In this document: piece by piece, positions 36,882-53,826 of the stretch
Layout of the letters: every line of letters begins with the position of its first letter
Position numbering within the stretch: the stretch's first letter is position 1
DNA from: Wallemia ichthyophaga EXF-994
Lineage: Eukaryota > Fungi > Basidiomycota
Direction: 5' to 3'
Length of the DNA stretch: 124,000 nucleotides
Assembly: GCF_000400465.1 (NCBI RefSeq)
Contig: NW_008806284.1
Location: 144,001-268,000 of the forward strand
Position numbers and translations under genes: made by a program
Notes under the pieces: model-generated
Seen by the model: the letters and a program-made list of their open reading frames with translations, nothing else
Database searches by the model: none
What the model was told of the DNA's origin: nothing

Positions 36882-39800
36882 ATGAGGGGCAAGAAGACGG
36901 TAAAGCAGCCACAGCAGCCACAGCAGAGGCGTAGATCTTCAAGGAGCAGTGTAGTTCAACAGCGCAGGGATTCAATGGATAGCGCCAGTGCTAGTGCGAG
37001 TGGAGCTAGCACATCGACACCAACAAAGCCAGTATCACCGCATTCATCACCTATTATACAGAGAGTATTTAATACGACTTCAATACCTGCTATAGGCGCA
37101 TTACCCATTCAATTCGATCAAGAAGGTGATCCAATTCCTTATACAACAACAGCGAATTCTGCAACTGCAGGCAAATCTACAATCCCAATACCACCATCCC
37201 AGCCATTGGACTTGAATAGAGTTAGATTAGAAGCTCCACATGAGCCTAGTAGAACTAAGCACAGAATGTTCAATTTGCCTCATTGTCCTGTCTTCTATCC
37301 AACTGAACAGGAATGGAATCTTAACCCTTTTGAATACTTGGAATCCTTATCCGATAATCATAAGGCTTATGATTACGGTATTTGTAAGATTGTACCACCA
37401 CCCAACTGGAGACCTGAATTCAGCTTGGATTCCAGTAGATTTAGGTTTAGAAGCAGATCTCAGAAGCTAGACACTGTCACTGCTTCTGCTAGAGTCAAGC
37501 ATAATTACTCAAAGCAATTGTTTCGCTTCCATGACCAGAATGGCTCAAATTTATCACCTAATCCACACGTAGATCATCGCCCAATTGACCTTTATAAGCT
37601 CAAAGTTGATGTTGCTAGTTTGGGTGGTTTCGATATGGTTAGTTGGTTTAATCATCTTGATTCCCACTCATTTCCACTTTCACAGGTTGAAATCTCTAAC
37701 CAATGGTCACTCATCGCTAAAGAACACGGATTAAAAAAAGTCAAACCTTTCGTTCAACCTTTTAGACAAGCTTACATTGATTACATTAAGCCTTACGAGA
37801 CTTTTATCTCAACTTTCAAGGCTAAATCTGACAAGGATCGTCAAGGCGAAATTGATATGAGTTTTGATGACATGGACAACATCAAATATAGGCTCAATGG
37901 CGAAAACAGCTATGATGAAATCAACAAGTCCGAGATCAACAACGGCGGCGATCAAATATTGCAAAATGTCGACCTCGAACAGGGCTCGGCGCTCCCGAAA
38001 AGACTTGTTATGGATCAATCCCCACAAACTCCAATGATTGCGTCTCCTTCACCCAACAAATCAAGCATCAACTCCAAATATCACCCTTGCTCAAATTGTC
38101 AGCGCAAAGACAACGACGTAAAACTCCTCGAGTGCCATGAATGCGAGAAATTTTTCCATCTCAGTTGTCTCATCTACCCACTTAAGATGAAACCTGCAGT
38201 TAGTGAATGGTTCTGCGATGGTTGTCTTTATGGTAGTGGTGAATACGGTTTCGACGAAGGTGAAGACCACTGCCTCGCCAGTTTCCAAGCACGTGATGAA
38301 GAATTCAGAAAGTTTTGGTTCGAGACACACCCACCACTGATGAAGGGCCGTGTCGCACCTAATGGTATTGAGCAGCGCCTTGGCAATCGCATAGTCTCCG
38401 AAGACGACGTTGAGAAAGAGTTCTGGAGGCTCGTTGACTGTCCTGAAGAAACAGTACAGACTGAGTATGGAGCTGATATTCACACTACGGAAACAGGCAG
38501 TGCTTTTCCTACTCTCAAGACCAACCCCACAAGTAAATACGCCACTAGTGGATGGAATCTAGAAAACATGCCAGGATATGAAGGCTCAATTTTGAGTTAC
38601 ATTAAGAGCGATGTTAGTGGAATGACCGTGCCTTGGATTTACGTTGGCATGATGTTTTCTACTTTCTGCTGGCACAATGAGGACCACTATACTTACTCTG
38701 TCAACTACATGCACTGGGGTGAAACCAAGACGTGGTACGGCGTGCCTGGAAAGGATCATGAGGCTTTCGAAGAAGCTATGAGGAATTCTGCACCTGATCT
38801 TTTTAAACAGCAACCAGACCTTCTCCTTCAGTTAGTCACTCTTGGTAACCCCGGTCAACTTAAGGAGGCTGGTGTACCTATGTATGTATGCGACCAACGT
38901 CCAAATGAGTTTGTTATTACGTTCCCGCGAGCTTTCCACTGTGGCTTTAACCATGGGCTGAATTTCAACGAGGCTGTTAATTTCGCACTCCCTGATTGGA
39001 TTCCTGAAGGAAAAGCATGTGTGGAGAAATACAGATCTCTCAAGCGCAATCCCATTTTCTCGCACGATGAGCTGCTCATTACTATACTCAATAAAGGATT
39101 CGAGGACTCGACTTGGATATATCTCAAGGATGCCGTACTTGATATGCTCAACGACGAGGTTGAAAGTAGGAGGCGGTTTGCAACAATTGGAGGGAGTGTG
39201 GAGGCAGTCGAAAGATATGTCAATGAGGATGATTACCAATGCTGCAACTGTCGCGCTTATACGTATCTCTCACAGCTATTCGATAAAGAAACCAAGAAGA
39301 TATATTGTCACAAACATTTTGACACTTTCGTCGAGAATACCCAGCCAGATAATAGACTGATGAGAGTCAGATACAGTGACGAGGAATTGGATAGCTTTGC
39401 AAAGATTGTGACCGATCACAAGCAGCAGAATCCGGAATGGATTAATAGCACTAAAGAGCTATTGGGCAGTGAAATGAAGCATAAACTACAAGACCTCAAG
39501 AATCATCTTAAAGGAGCAGTTGGAGTTCCGCAGCGTTCACCAGAGTACGCTCAATTAAAAAGCCTTATACGTGAAGCTGAATTGTGGATCTTCCAAGCAA
39601 ACAACTTCTGGCTAATGAGACAGAATGAGCCTTTTGATATGAGGGACACATTCGACGGTAACACTAGCAAATTTAACAAGTACGAAACGTTAACAGCTTT
39701 GGTGTACTCGCCACTCAGACAGAGAATCGACGTTGATACGTATTTTCAACATTTATACTCTTTAGAGAAGATCAAAGAGGAGCTTGACTGGGTGATTGAG

Positions 39801-41877
39801 ACGTGTGGAAAATACTCTCGCACTACCGTCATTGATGCACACAATAAACCAGAATTCGAAAGGGTGTTGCAGGTACTAGAATGGGCCAATGTGAGGGGTA
39901 TGAGTCAATGTCAACAGATGTATTATATCAAGAGAACACTCGAATGGTTCGACGCGGTAGCTGACTTGAGTGCTGTAAAGTATGCACAACAAGTAGACGC
40001 CCTTCTTCAGGAATCTGTAATGCTGCAGCTCGATTTTCACCCTCAGGTCGATCTGCTCAAGGTGCTGAAAGCATCAGGTTTCACATGGCGCTCAAAGGCC
40101 CTCAAATTGTGCTCTCACGTCGCCATCTCTCCAGAGGAAGTCCAGAAGTTGCTCAATGAAAACGAGATTAAAGACGAAAATCTGGAAGCAGATTTCGAGC
40201 GGATGATGGTGTTTAATGGTCATGTGCGTAACGCTCTCGATCATAATGTCGACAGCCTTAGCCATGATGGAGCCTTCTTGGAAAATGCCAAGACGGAGCT
40301 CGAATTCGTTAAGAAATATCGTTTCAAAGTGAAGAACTACAAGAATTTCGACATGCTGATGAAGCTCTATGAGACGTTTATACGGAAATTGAGCAACGCA
40401 CTGCGCATCGATCTCGTTGGTTTTGACGAGCTGAAGTTGGAGAAGCAGGCACAGTTCGAGATAGAGAAGGTAAGTATGATTGGGAAAGATGCTTATCGTT
40501 TCTGACTGTTTGATCACAGTTACATAAACGACTACTCGAGCGCACTAACACTGCAGATGGCACCGAACGCATGTGTGTGTGTAGAGCAGAGAAGACCAAC
40601 GTAAACGAAAGTGATGATAATGTGATGGATTGTAATACCTGCGGTGTGGCTTTCCACAAGGCTTGTCTGCCAGATGGGCACTTAGCAGCACAGACAAATG
40701 ACACATTCGATTGTCTGGTTTGCAAACCGGTTGTCAAAACAATTGACCAGGACGACCTTCCTAATTACAAGCAACTCGCATCGATCAGAAAGAACAGCAT
40801 CGATGGCTACTACGACAAAGTCAGAGTACGTACCGTACCTGTGAAGTGTTTAGTCGATATTTATGAAAGGTGTGAGGGCGACGGTTATATAAAGATGCTA
40901 GGGGAAGCTTCTGCCTCGGAAGATATTGGAGTCTTGCGCAATACCGCTCTTACGCTTTTAGGACTCGGTGTCACATTCGAAGGCTTCGACCCAGCTGTGT
41001 TGATAGACAAGATCCACACTCTCAGCGCGGGTAAGAAGAGGAAGTCAGAGGTGAATGCAAATGGCTTTGATGACCCATGGGCAAGGACGCAAGGACGCAC
41101 GCGCAGACCCAAGTTTCTCTTCCATCAAGATCCACCAACGGTGAACGAAGCGGATGACAAAGGCATAGTGAAGCATTGTATATGCCAGAAATTCAAGGAC
41201 AAAGTACAAAATCAGATTAGTACAATGATTTTGGGATGCGATAGATGTAAGAATTGGTTCCACGTTGAGTGTATGGGCGGCGCCCATCAGCTGGAGAGGC
41301 TCTCTGGTCAGAAATTCAATTGTCCGTGCTGCTCGCTCAAGTTTGGTAGATCGTTCCAGTTTATTCCAGTGTTAGTACAGGATCAGGGTAAGTAATGTGG
41401 TGCTGCGTGTAGATAGAAAAGCCTAACACACAAGCAGTCGACATTGGTAGCAGCATATACGTCGATATTGGCCAGACTGTGAAAGCATTAAACCATCTAG
41501 TCAAGTTCGAGGCTGCGCCAAAATTGGTGGATGAAACCGTTATCGTGTTGCATCTGCATAAGTTTATTATAGGTGCAATTGAGCTGCCTACTCAGAGCAA
41601 CGTTTCAAACAAGAGCGCTATGAGCACGCCGGATTCTACCGTGGACGGTGTTAAGAGGAGAAAAATCAAGGAAGAGCCTGATCAGCAGGAACAGCAGGAA
41701 CAACAGGAGCAGCAGGAAGAGCTAGAACAAGAAGAAGAAGAAAATCAGGAACAACAAGAGCAGCAACAGGAACAGCAATCAGCAGCACGTACAACACGCA
41801 TCGGTAAAATCACAGGATGGCACCCTGCTGGTGATAACAGCGATATGGGAAGCGTAGATATAGAAATCTCAGTATAA
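36882..41877 (+). CDS. KDM5: JARID1/KDM5-family histone H3K4 demethylase (JmjN, ARID, PHD, JmjC, C5HC2, PHD)
   Basis: CPVFYPT..YGICKIVPP, DLYKLK, PHD C..C..ECHECEKFFHLSC, YGADIH, PWIYVGM.FSTFCWHNEDH, HCGFNHG, C-terminal PHD fingers. Confidence 0.93.
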
Positions 41878-41972
41878 AGAAAATAAATTTAAATTATTTC
41901 ACATAACTCTTGTATTTCTGTAATCTATCTTTTAGCAATTGACGTCCATCTTCAAAGTCACAGGAGATATCG

Positions 41973-44841
41973 ATGGAAAGAGAAGGCGATGACGACGGCA
42001 ACGGCAGCAAATTGGATTCGGCCGATGGATCCAACAGTCCGAATCCACCACAGTCTGCGGAGCTTAGCAGTCCACCAAAGGAAGCAGACAAGGCTCCAAA
42101 GACCGACTCACACGACTCACGCGACCTCCAACAACGCGACAGCGGGATATCTCCGAAAGACCCCAGCTCTAGTCCACCGCCTTCAGACGCTGCTCGACGT
42201 GTCAAGATATATAAGCTCACTACCCAAGACTGGGTCGATCATGGCACTGGGTTTTGCACGGGAATCTACGACTCAGACCACGACGAGGCGATGCTTGTCG
42301 TTACCAACGAAGACAACCAAGATCAGGTACTCCTCAATCATCATATAAGTCCCGCCGATATATACTCGCGGCAGCAAGATACTTTGATAGTATGGACAGA
42401 GTCTGATGGCACTGACTGTGCTCTCTCTTTCCAGGAAGCTGATGGCTGTCTCGAAATGTGGGACTTCATCTCCCAGGTCCAGCGACACGTTCAGAAGGCT
42501 GATGATTATCCGTATATCATCGATTCACCCGTCCAGCGGAGACAAAAATCGAGTCAAAAACTTAACCTGCCGCCGGAACGTCCAGACTTGGGAAATTTGG
42601 AAGACGTGTGCTTCTGTATAAAGGAGTGCCTTACTAGGACCATCACCAACATGCATCAAAAAGAACGGTTCATCACTTGGCTCATTAACAATAATTACAT
42701 CGCTCAGCTTATTTCAGTTTTCAATCAAGCTGAGGACCTAGAAGCACTGAGCGAATTGCACGTACTGTGCACTATCTTCCATCAGCTATGTGAGACGTCT
42801 TCTTTACCTCGTGGATGATTACTCACACTGTCTCACAGTATCGGCAAATGATAGCGTTGTTTTTGAGTATGTCCTTTCCGATGATATATTCTTGGGCATG
42901 TGCGGTGTGTTGGAGTATGACCCTGAGTATCCTACTCTCAAAGCATCGTATCGACTCGATCTCACTACGACATCGCGATACAAAGAAGTAGTGCAGATCA
43001 ATGACCTAGGCTTGAAGTCTAAGATACATCAGACCTACCGTCTCCTATACCTCAAAGACGTAATTTTGGCGAGAACTCTAGACGACTCGACTTTCACTTT
43101 ACTCAATTCATTCGTCTATTATAACCAGATCGATATCATAAAACATATCCAAAACGATAAGGATTTCCTCGATAGGTTGTTTGGGATCTTCAGCGATTCA
43201 TCAAGTGATACTGTCGATCCGCCACCTACTTTACGTCAAGATGCAGTCTTGTTCCTTAGGGATTTATGCACGATGGGCAAAAACGTACAGATACAGACAA
43301 GGCAGGAGCTTTATAGGGCGTTAGTCAATCGAAACTTATTGAACGTTTGCAAATGGTCAATCAAGAGGAGTGAACCGATCTTGCATAATACTGGGTCAGA
43401 AATCCTAATGATCGTCATTGACAATGAGCCTAATACTGTCAGACTTTATATTCTCAACGAAGCAAATTCGACAAAGGAGAAATCCAAGGAGAATTACACA
43501 CTAATGCAGGAGATGTGCTTTAGCTTGGATAGCAGTAGAGATCTAGGATATAGGAATCAAATAGCTGAGGCTATCAGATTGCTTCTCGAGCCGCCGCTAT
43601 CTGCGTCAGAAGCTGCGTGGACAGTCGCTAAACCTAAGGCTGATCCTACGAGTGATGAGTTCCTCAGCTATTTCTATGATACATGTATCAATGGACTCTT
43701 CAAGCCACTGCTCGATATTCCTGACATATCTCTACATGAAGGTAAGTGAGGACATATTATAGTTGACGCAATCTAACTATATCAAAGCACCTCCTCAACT
43801 TGACTTTGACAAAGCCACTCTAGCGCTTGCTCTCTGCGATCTCCTGTCTTTCTTCGTCTTGAATCATCACTTCAGAGCACAATACTTTATCCTCCAAACG
43901 CCTATCTCGGCTAAGATAGTACAATTACTGCGCGTCAAGCAGAAGTATTTGAGGCTTGGTGGGTTATTTATTAAAATTACGGTCTTTGCTGATATAGTTT
44001 AGCCGCATTGCGATACCTCCGCGCTTGCGTCTCGCTCAATAATGAGTTTATAGTGCGGTACATCGATAAGCAGGACATATTCAAACCAATGCTCGATGTT
44101 GCTCTAAGAGAGGGCCGTAAGGATAACCTGATCAGCGCTTCTATTCTGGATCTTTTTGAAACAATTCGAAGAATTAATAACAGGACGATGATTAATAGTC
44201 TAGTTGGAAATCATGAGGACGATGTGAAGCAATTGATTAAATACCCCCTACTGAGTGAATTATTCACTAAATTGTACTACAGATGGGAGCAGCTCAATGA
44301 ACCAGCCCAGCCAGAGGCGTCAACGAGCACCGTGATTGATAATTCGGGCGGGTTCATTCGTGAACGAAAATCAAGTGATGCAACAGCTGAGGATGACTAC
44401 TTTAATAAGGATGACGGTGAAGATGAGGCTCGTAATTATATAAACGACGATCCTGGCGGAGGAGGATTAGGGCCAGGGTCGGGTTCGCATAAAGTAACGC
44501 ATCAATCACTTAACAACACGCCGACTGCCACGTCGACAAGTCTTGTCGATTACATGGATGAAGACGAGGAAGAGAATACACGGCCTTTACCTGAAACACC
44601 TAAAAAAGAAGAGGAGGAAGAGGAGAAGCAGGAGCAGGGAGAGAAAGAAAAGCCAGCTGAGGATCGACTTACACAAATGGAAGTGAAGCTGTCGGAGAAG
44701 AGGCAGCGCGAAGATGATGAAGATGACCAGGTTGCTCAGTTGATGCATAGTAAGAAACGACTCTCACCGAATGTTAGTGAGACTCAGACTAATGATGATA
44801 AATGTTCAACGAGTAGTTCGAATAATAGTGTCAGCAGTTAA
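41973..44841 (+). CDS. PSY2: Protein phosphatase 4 regulatory subunit 3 (Psy2/SMEK), multi-exon
   Basis: RRVKIYKL..DWVDHGTG, YSRQQDTLIVWTE, ALSFQEADGC, GVLEYDPE, KIHQTYRLLYLKDVIL. Confidence 0.92.
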
Positions 44842-44999
44842 TGATTAATTCCTATAACATTTATACACATATTTATTGTCATTGCCGATATTGCCGCCAT
44901 TATGTTTGATAAAATACCATTTAAGTAACTTCTAAAGCCTTTAAATGCCTTGAGCTAAAGGATTACGACATTCTTGGATCTGAAGACACCTTGTTGTTT

Positions 45000-47292
45000 A
45001 TGACCACCAACACGGAATGTATAAATGCTTATTCCGAGATCTACAAATATCCCAAGAGGAGGCACTTAAATCAAAACTCTCATAGTGAAAATATCGACGC
45101 CACCACTCAATCTCTCCCTTCGAAATCACAGCCGTCGACTTCGACCCACGCCGCAACCGTATCGGGAATTTCATCACCATCCAACGGCACCAAACTTAAA
45201 GACAGAGTTTTGTCTAGGCTAGCTTGGTCAAAGAGGGAGGATATACCATCACTGTTTGATGAGCGTGCTTCCGTTAAGTTCGCATTAGATAGGTGCTATG
45301 ACTGGGAGGAGAGTATTGCGATATACAAAGACAACCGCGTGGAAATCTACGGTGATCATTCAATGCCATTCAGGATGAGCAAAGAAGTCAAGTTGAGCGT
45401 CGATTTACAATCAAATGGCACCAGCGTCAGCTTGTACTCCGCCACAGATTTCTGTCTCTGTATACGCACCTCACCGCCTAAACACCATTTACCCAGACGA
45501 TACGCTGGTACTAATCTTATTTTCCTCAAATTCAAGACTATCAAGATTGCCAAGACGTGGTTATGGACAATGTGGACAATTAAGAATTCAAACAAACTTC
45601 CAAAAGAATTAGATGTCAAGCTGCCAGCTCTTGGTTCCCACGTCAGGTTCCCAATCGACTTTACTGATCACAATGATGTCAATAGCCACGCGATAGTTGC
45701 AAGATGTAGAAACATACTTACTAGAATGGACATCAGAGGTGTCACTCCAGAAAAATCTACACAAACAGGCTTCTCATTATGCTGGCGTAGAGGTAAGTTC
45801 GGTCTAGAGTGGTTGAGTAACCAAGCTACGTACGAAGAGATTCTCGTTGGTTGTTGCATGCTCCAAACTCAGGTATTTCCAAAATTGGAACTAAGAAGAC
45901 GAGCATTTGAAAAAGTTGGCATTAAATACGACGCCAACACCACACTATACCCTCCTCAACCAGTTGAAGGCCATCTCAGTAGAATAACGCTGATATCACA
46001 AAAAAGAGTAAAGACATACCTCAGTACACATGATTCTCTTATTTTCGTGCTCAAAAATACAACAGCGTCGCTGAAAGCATCACATGATGATGAGTTAGAC
46101 AAGATGCGTTGCTGTAGACAGATCAGAGAGGCTGTTGGTTTCATTGATATGGGACATATCGTATCAATTAGAAGGATTTTTGAGAGTCCAAAACGTAAAG
46201 ACGAATACCCGATCTATATCGACGACAAGCTCCACAACGGCGATAAGGTCTGGGACAAGCATGAGGAGGGTGACGAAGGAAGTGAAGAAGTGTTTGGAAA
46301 ACTATCTCAGAATGAGAAGAACGAGCTACATACAAGGAGGCAATTTGGACTGGAGTTAGTCTCTGGTCACTTTGCCAAGTTTGAAGTGAGTATCGGGAAT
46401 TTTAAGTTTCCGCATAGGCTAATCTTCAACAGGCACCCTCAGTTAAGCTTTGCTTAGAATGGATTGTAAGCTTAGGAGAGTTATGCTCGTATTGGAATAA
46501 ACGAACGAGAACAGACGCAAATCTGTTGATGGAAATATCGAATTGCGGACTAGCTGCACCTCATGCTGCAAACGCAATCAATCAACTAGTCGTACCGACG
46601 AATATACCCCATAATGATGATGACGGACCAGCTGTTGAAGATCCAGATGCCGGTGCACCGCTCCTATCACAGCTTTGGAACTGGAGTGTACTTGAGAACA
46701 TCAAACCTATAGTGAAAATCGGAAAATGCTTTATGAGGAAGTCTTTTAGAGGATCTTGGAGGTGGGAGCATTACAATCGCATGTTGCTACTTCTGACAGT
46801 TGCAATAGTGAATACATACTTATTCTTACTGCTGATGGAATGCTACATAGATGGCAGATAGCCCCACTCAATCCATCGAAAAGTAAGAAAGCCAATGAGA
46901 TACTTAATAGAAAAAAGTCTTCAATAAGTCTTTATCACGCATTCGTATTAACATCAGATGATTTGATACTCGTTAATTCCAGCGACGAGATACAGACACC
47001 AACAAAAGGGCTGCGAATGTCATCAAGGAGAGCAGCTAAAGCTCCTGATAGACTGTATGACGATGGACTTATCGCATGTGAATCTGAACCCTCAGACCTG
47101 GCATTCATGCTGTGGTGCAGACCTAAGTCGAAGAAGGCTATTGATTGCTTGGATAAGGACGCGGATAAATTCGAAGTTAGAACTAGATCAAGGTTGGAGA
47201 GGGATCACTGGTGCTGGTGTTTGGAATCAATTATTGATAGAATCTCAGAAGAAAACAATGATGTTTTTAGAAACGTTTCTGGGATTTCCTAA
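45000..47292 (+). CDS. PH-domain sporulation protein, Spo71/Mug56-like
   Basis: LSLYSATD, YLSTHDSL, DEGDEG, LT.DG.L, LYHAFV, R.Y.DGL...E, FEVRTRSRLERDHWCWCL. Family assignment is from memory. Confidence 0.6.
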
Positions 47293-47332
47293 TGTGTTTT
47301 GTATTTGTACATTTCTTTTTAACTATACATCC

Positions 47333-50361
<3,029 letters not shown>

Positions 50362-50387
50362 TCCACACTACACCGTCATCGACGTGA

Positions 50388-50717
50388 TTAAAGCGATAGA
50401 TATAGTATAATACAAATTAATATTCCGATAAAATTAATTTGCGTGGGTGGTATAGCGCTCGTAGCATGTGAAATTGTCGTGCAGCTTGTGTTTGCGATTG
50501 AATACGTGTGCAAGCTAGCCTTCAGTTGGGTGGTGTTGTAGTAGTAACAAGTCGGTTGAGTGTGATTCTGGCATTCGGTACTTTGAAAATCTCCGCCAAC
50601 GGCGCTGCAGGCCATCTTTATAGCCTGGCGCCGTATTTCCGAATCGTTAGGCGTATACACGAAAAAGGTGCCTGTGCACCCCCTATCGCCGTCGTCGAAG
50701 CATGTAGAGCTTTCCAT
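50388..50717 (-). CDS. Small Cys-containing ORF with a hydrophobic C-terminus (possibly part of a GPI/secreted protein)
   Basis: 109-aa ORF with several Cys, ending FIGILICIILYLSL. No signal peptide found. Confidence 0.35.
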   Translation of the reverse strand: MESSTCFDDGDRGCTGTFFVYTPNDSEIRRQAIKMACSAVGGDFQSTECQNHTQPTCYYYNTTQLKASLHTYSIANTSCTTISHATSAIPPTQINFIGILICIILYLSL

Positions 50718-50880
50718 TTAGTGGTGCAACTGCGAACGCGTCAGCCTTATTACCGCTGCCAATTTCCTGCCTACTATCCCAGTCCCACTTTGCGGTTTGG
50801 TGTGATGAGCAACATATAAAATGCCTGGACGAACGTAATTGATCTCAGGAACCGAATTAGAGATACAAATTTGACCGATT

Positions 50881-51684
50881 TTATATTTTCTCATAGATGC
50901 GAACGATGCAACGCGCATTCTCCAACTTGATGGGATAATCTATGCTTTCAGACAGCCTGAACCACTTGGAATCCTCGGAACACACCTTGTTCCACTTGCT
51001 CTGCAGGGTGTGATCGAGTATCATCGTCAGCGGGTACTCTCGCCCACCGCCTCCGACTTGTATATTCGATAAGCCAACGCTCTCCGCAACAACCAGCTTT
51101 GTGCCAGGCTTAGACTGCTCAGTTATCTTGTTGAGGAGCTGCAAAGTGGACTTCTTGGACTGAATAAAAAGCTCTGATATTGTAAACAGTATCGTTATCA
51201 TATCCACTCCCTCATAAGAAATACTGCTGTCACTTAAGACGTTTTTATTGAGAAATTCAACGTCTACGCCATCCTTGAATTCAGTTTGCAGCCTATTAAC
51301 CACCTTGTCCCACTTTCCAATGTCTATCAGCGAAAGCTGCACGTCGCTTAAACCAATCTCTTCTACTAGATGCTGCATTCCACTCAGCTCAGATCCTGCT
51401 CCTCCTCCGATGCTGTTAACACGCATCCCGTCTCTCAGTCCAAGCAGCCTGCTGTGTTCCTTCATCATCCTGTAGTACACAATAGCCCTCGACGGCACGT
51501 ATCTCGCCAGATACGCATCGAGATACTCGTCATTCCCAAACGCTTCCAAGTAGTTTTTGTTGTACAGGTCACGCTTCAAACATTGCAATATACTGCTGAA
51601 ATACCTGCTCGTAATCGTAGATGATGTAATTTTCTTGAACTTATCGACCAATGCTTGTTCTCGATCGGGTGATTCGGAGATCAT
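50881..51684 (-). CDS. 25S rRNA uridine-N3 methyltransferase, BMT5/BMT6 family
   Basis: KRDLYNKNYLEAF...YL.AYLARYVPSRA; SIGGGAGSE; EDSKWFRL; Y..KLEN.R. Confidence 0.85.
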   Translation of the reverse strand: MISESPDREQALVDKFKKITSSTITSRYFSSILQCLKRDLYNKNYLEAFGNDEYLDAYLARYVPSRAIVYYRMMKEHSRLLGLRDGMRVNSIGGGAGSELSGMQHLVEEIGLSDVQLSLIDIGKWDKVVNRLQTEFKDGVDVEFLNKNVLSDSSISYEGVDMITILFTISELFIQSKKSTLQLLNKITEQSKPGTKLVVAESVGLSNIQVGGGGREYPLTMILDHTLQSKWNKVCSEDSKWFRLSESIDYPIKLENARCIVRIYEKI

Positions 51685-51898
51685 GATATATCTTGATGAT
51701 TTGAGTTAAAGGGGTAGGAATTTGCAATTCGAGGGCTTCTGAGAGTAGCATGTAAAAACTTACAGAGAGAGTAGGAAGTCTGTGACTGCGACGAACATTT
51801 GGCCGCAAAAGTTTTTCCGCGACAAAGACACAAAGTACTAAATAGGAATAAGTCTAAATGCATCGAAATATATTACAAGTATCCGAAAAATCCATAAT

Positions 51899-53681
51899 CT
51901 ATGCTGTTACTGTTTTATCCGACTGTTCGCTCTTCTCCTCCAAACCCAGCATCTCCTTCTCGCGTTGCTCATACTCTCTTATAGATTGGCTAAACTGCGA
52001 CTTCTGTCTGATCTTCTCCCCGTACTTAAACAGAATAAATGGTACCACCCCGAGCAATGCCGCTATGATTGCTATAGTGCAGCTCGTCCAGTTGAAACCC
52101 GTCATTGAGTCATACCACCGGGTGATATAAAGCGGTGTAGTTCCACCCATGAGATTTCTAAAGACATTCTGTGCAGATATAGCCGAAGACGCATAGAGTC
52201 TGTAAGCATCGCTCATGTACGCGAAGGAGGTATTGTAGATGATGTAGATACTGAACAGGATGACAGTGAGTCCTACACACTGCCCCATCCAATGGACATC
52301 CGGATAAGACGTCCATGCATAGATGAAGCATCCAACAGGGAGGCAAACACCACCCACCATAGCCAGGTACAGTCTAGCTTCCGGTGTCCTCTTTTTCTGG
52401 TAGAGTCTCTCCTGCAAAAAGTAGTTGGCAATACCGCCAAGGGCCAATCCCAATACGAATGTGATGTAAAGCAACCCGATTGAGCCAGGTGACCAATCGC
52501 GCTGTGTCTGGAATATGTGTCCGATAGAAGAAATGATAGAATAGAAAATAAACCACGCGAAACCCATCCATAGCGAAAACGCGATGACTATAGGCTCGGT
52601 GAAGAGAATGTAAATAGGTCGCGTCACAGACACTGTCATGAGTTGTTTGAAGTTTGGTCTCTCCAATTCCGATTTGGCTACATAGCGATTATCACCTGTC
52701 TTTTTGCGCAGCTTCTTTGCTTTTGCGTTAAGTACAGCAGATGCGCGTGTCTCTCCCATTGCAATGATGAAGAAAAACCATACGAATGTAGCGATGAGCT
52801 CGACGTATTCTATCCATTCGTAACCGAGGCCCTTCTCCATCATCCACGAGAAACAAAGTGGAAAAATTCCAGCCTGTTGTCTTCATTAGAACGGTTTGTT
52901 TCAACAGCTGGTTCGCACTCACACCCTGCAATGCTGACATAGAGAAAAACGACATGGGTATGCCCCTAGTCTCGTCGTCGAAAATGTCAGCAATAGATCC
53001 ACCGACGAGTGTCGAACCTGCAGTATGTTAGTTTTGGCTGTTTGTTTCGAGCCGAACATACCGGTCGACGCTGCCAAACCGCTTATTAGTCTACCCAGCA
53101 CAACTCCGGTTATGGTGGGCGACAGCGAGATAGTGATAAACATGCACATAAAGATAAAGTAGCTAACTACGTATACTCTGTATCTGCCGATTATTTCTGA
53201 AAACGGAGCCAGAAAGAGCGGTCCAAGTGCGTAGCTGGGTTTGAGGTGAGTTGTGACGCTTTGAGCTCGAAATCTCCATACCCAATAACATAAATGCTGC
53301 GTAAGAGTATTAGAGGTGCTTATCATCGTTCGTTCTCGCACTCACCCTAATCCGAGCTCGAACAAGGTGGAAGAAGTGTTGAGCTGCTCAATCAAATCAG
53401 CTTCAGCGCCAGGAGCTGCATAGCCTGAATAGTATAAATCAGATACTCTATCGCCGTTTTACAGAGCTATTTCGTACCACTAGACGCCCCGCTAACCAAA
53501 AATGAGAAGCCACATAAAGCCAGCGTTGTAAAGTACTTCCGCCTTAATCACAATCTTAGACGCCTGCTTCGAAAATCTACGTAACCCACGGCTTAGACCA
53601 GTTAAAGGGATTCTCGTGCTCCTCTAACGATACCCAAATGACCTCGCTATCCTTGCTGGCCTCATTGTCATCTTTGCTCAT
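51899..53681 (-). CDS. MFS drug:H+ antiporter (DHA1 family), copy 1, multi-exon
   Basis: ENPFNW, GPLFLAPFSEIIGR, GGSIAD, ETR...L..KAKKLRK.TGD, TEPIV, PEARL, YMSDAY..YASSA. Confidence 0.9.
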
Positions 53682-53826
53682 AGCTTGATTTGCGTTTCGT
53701 CGTAAGAATTAAACCGATGTCCCGGTGAATGTAACTATGACTGTTTCTATGACTCACCCAACCGAGCTTATTCCACTCTAGCCGAAATCGCCTTTCATAA
53801 TCACAATCAACCTAAAACGGAAGAGA

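Noticed and set aside
41680-41790. CAG/GAA-rich repeat
   Set aside because: Encodes a Gln/Glu low-complexity tail of KDM5; ordinary.
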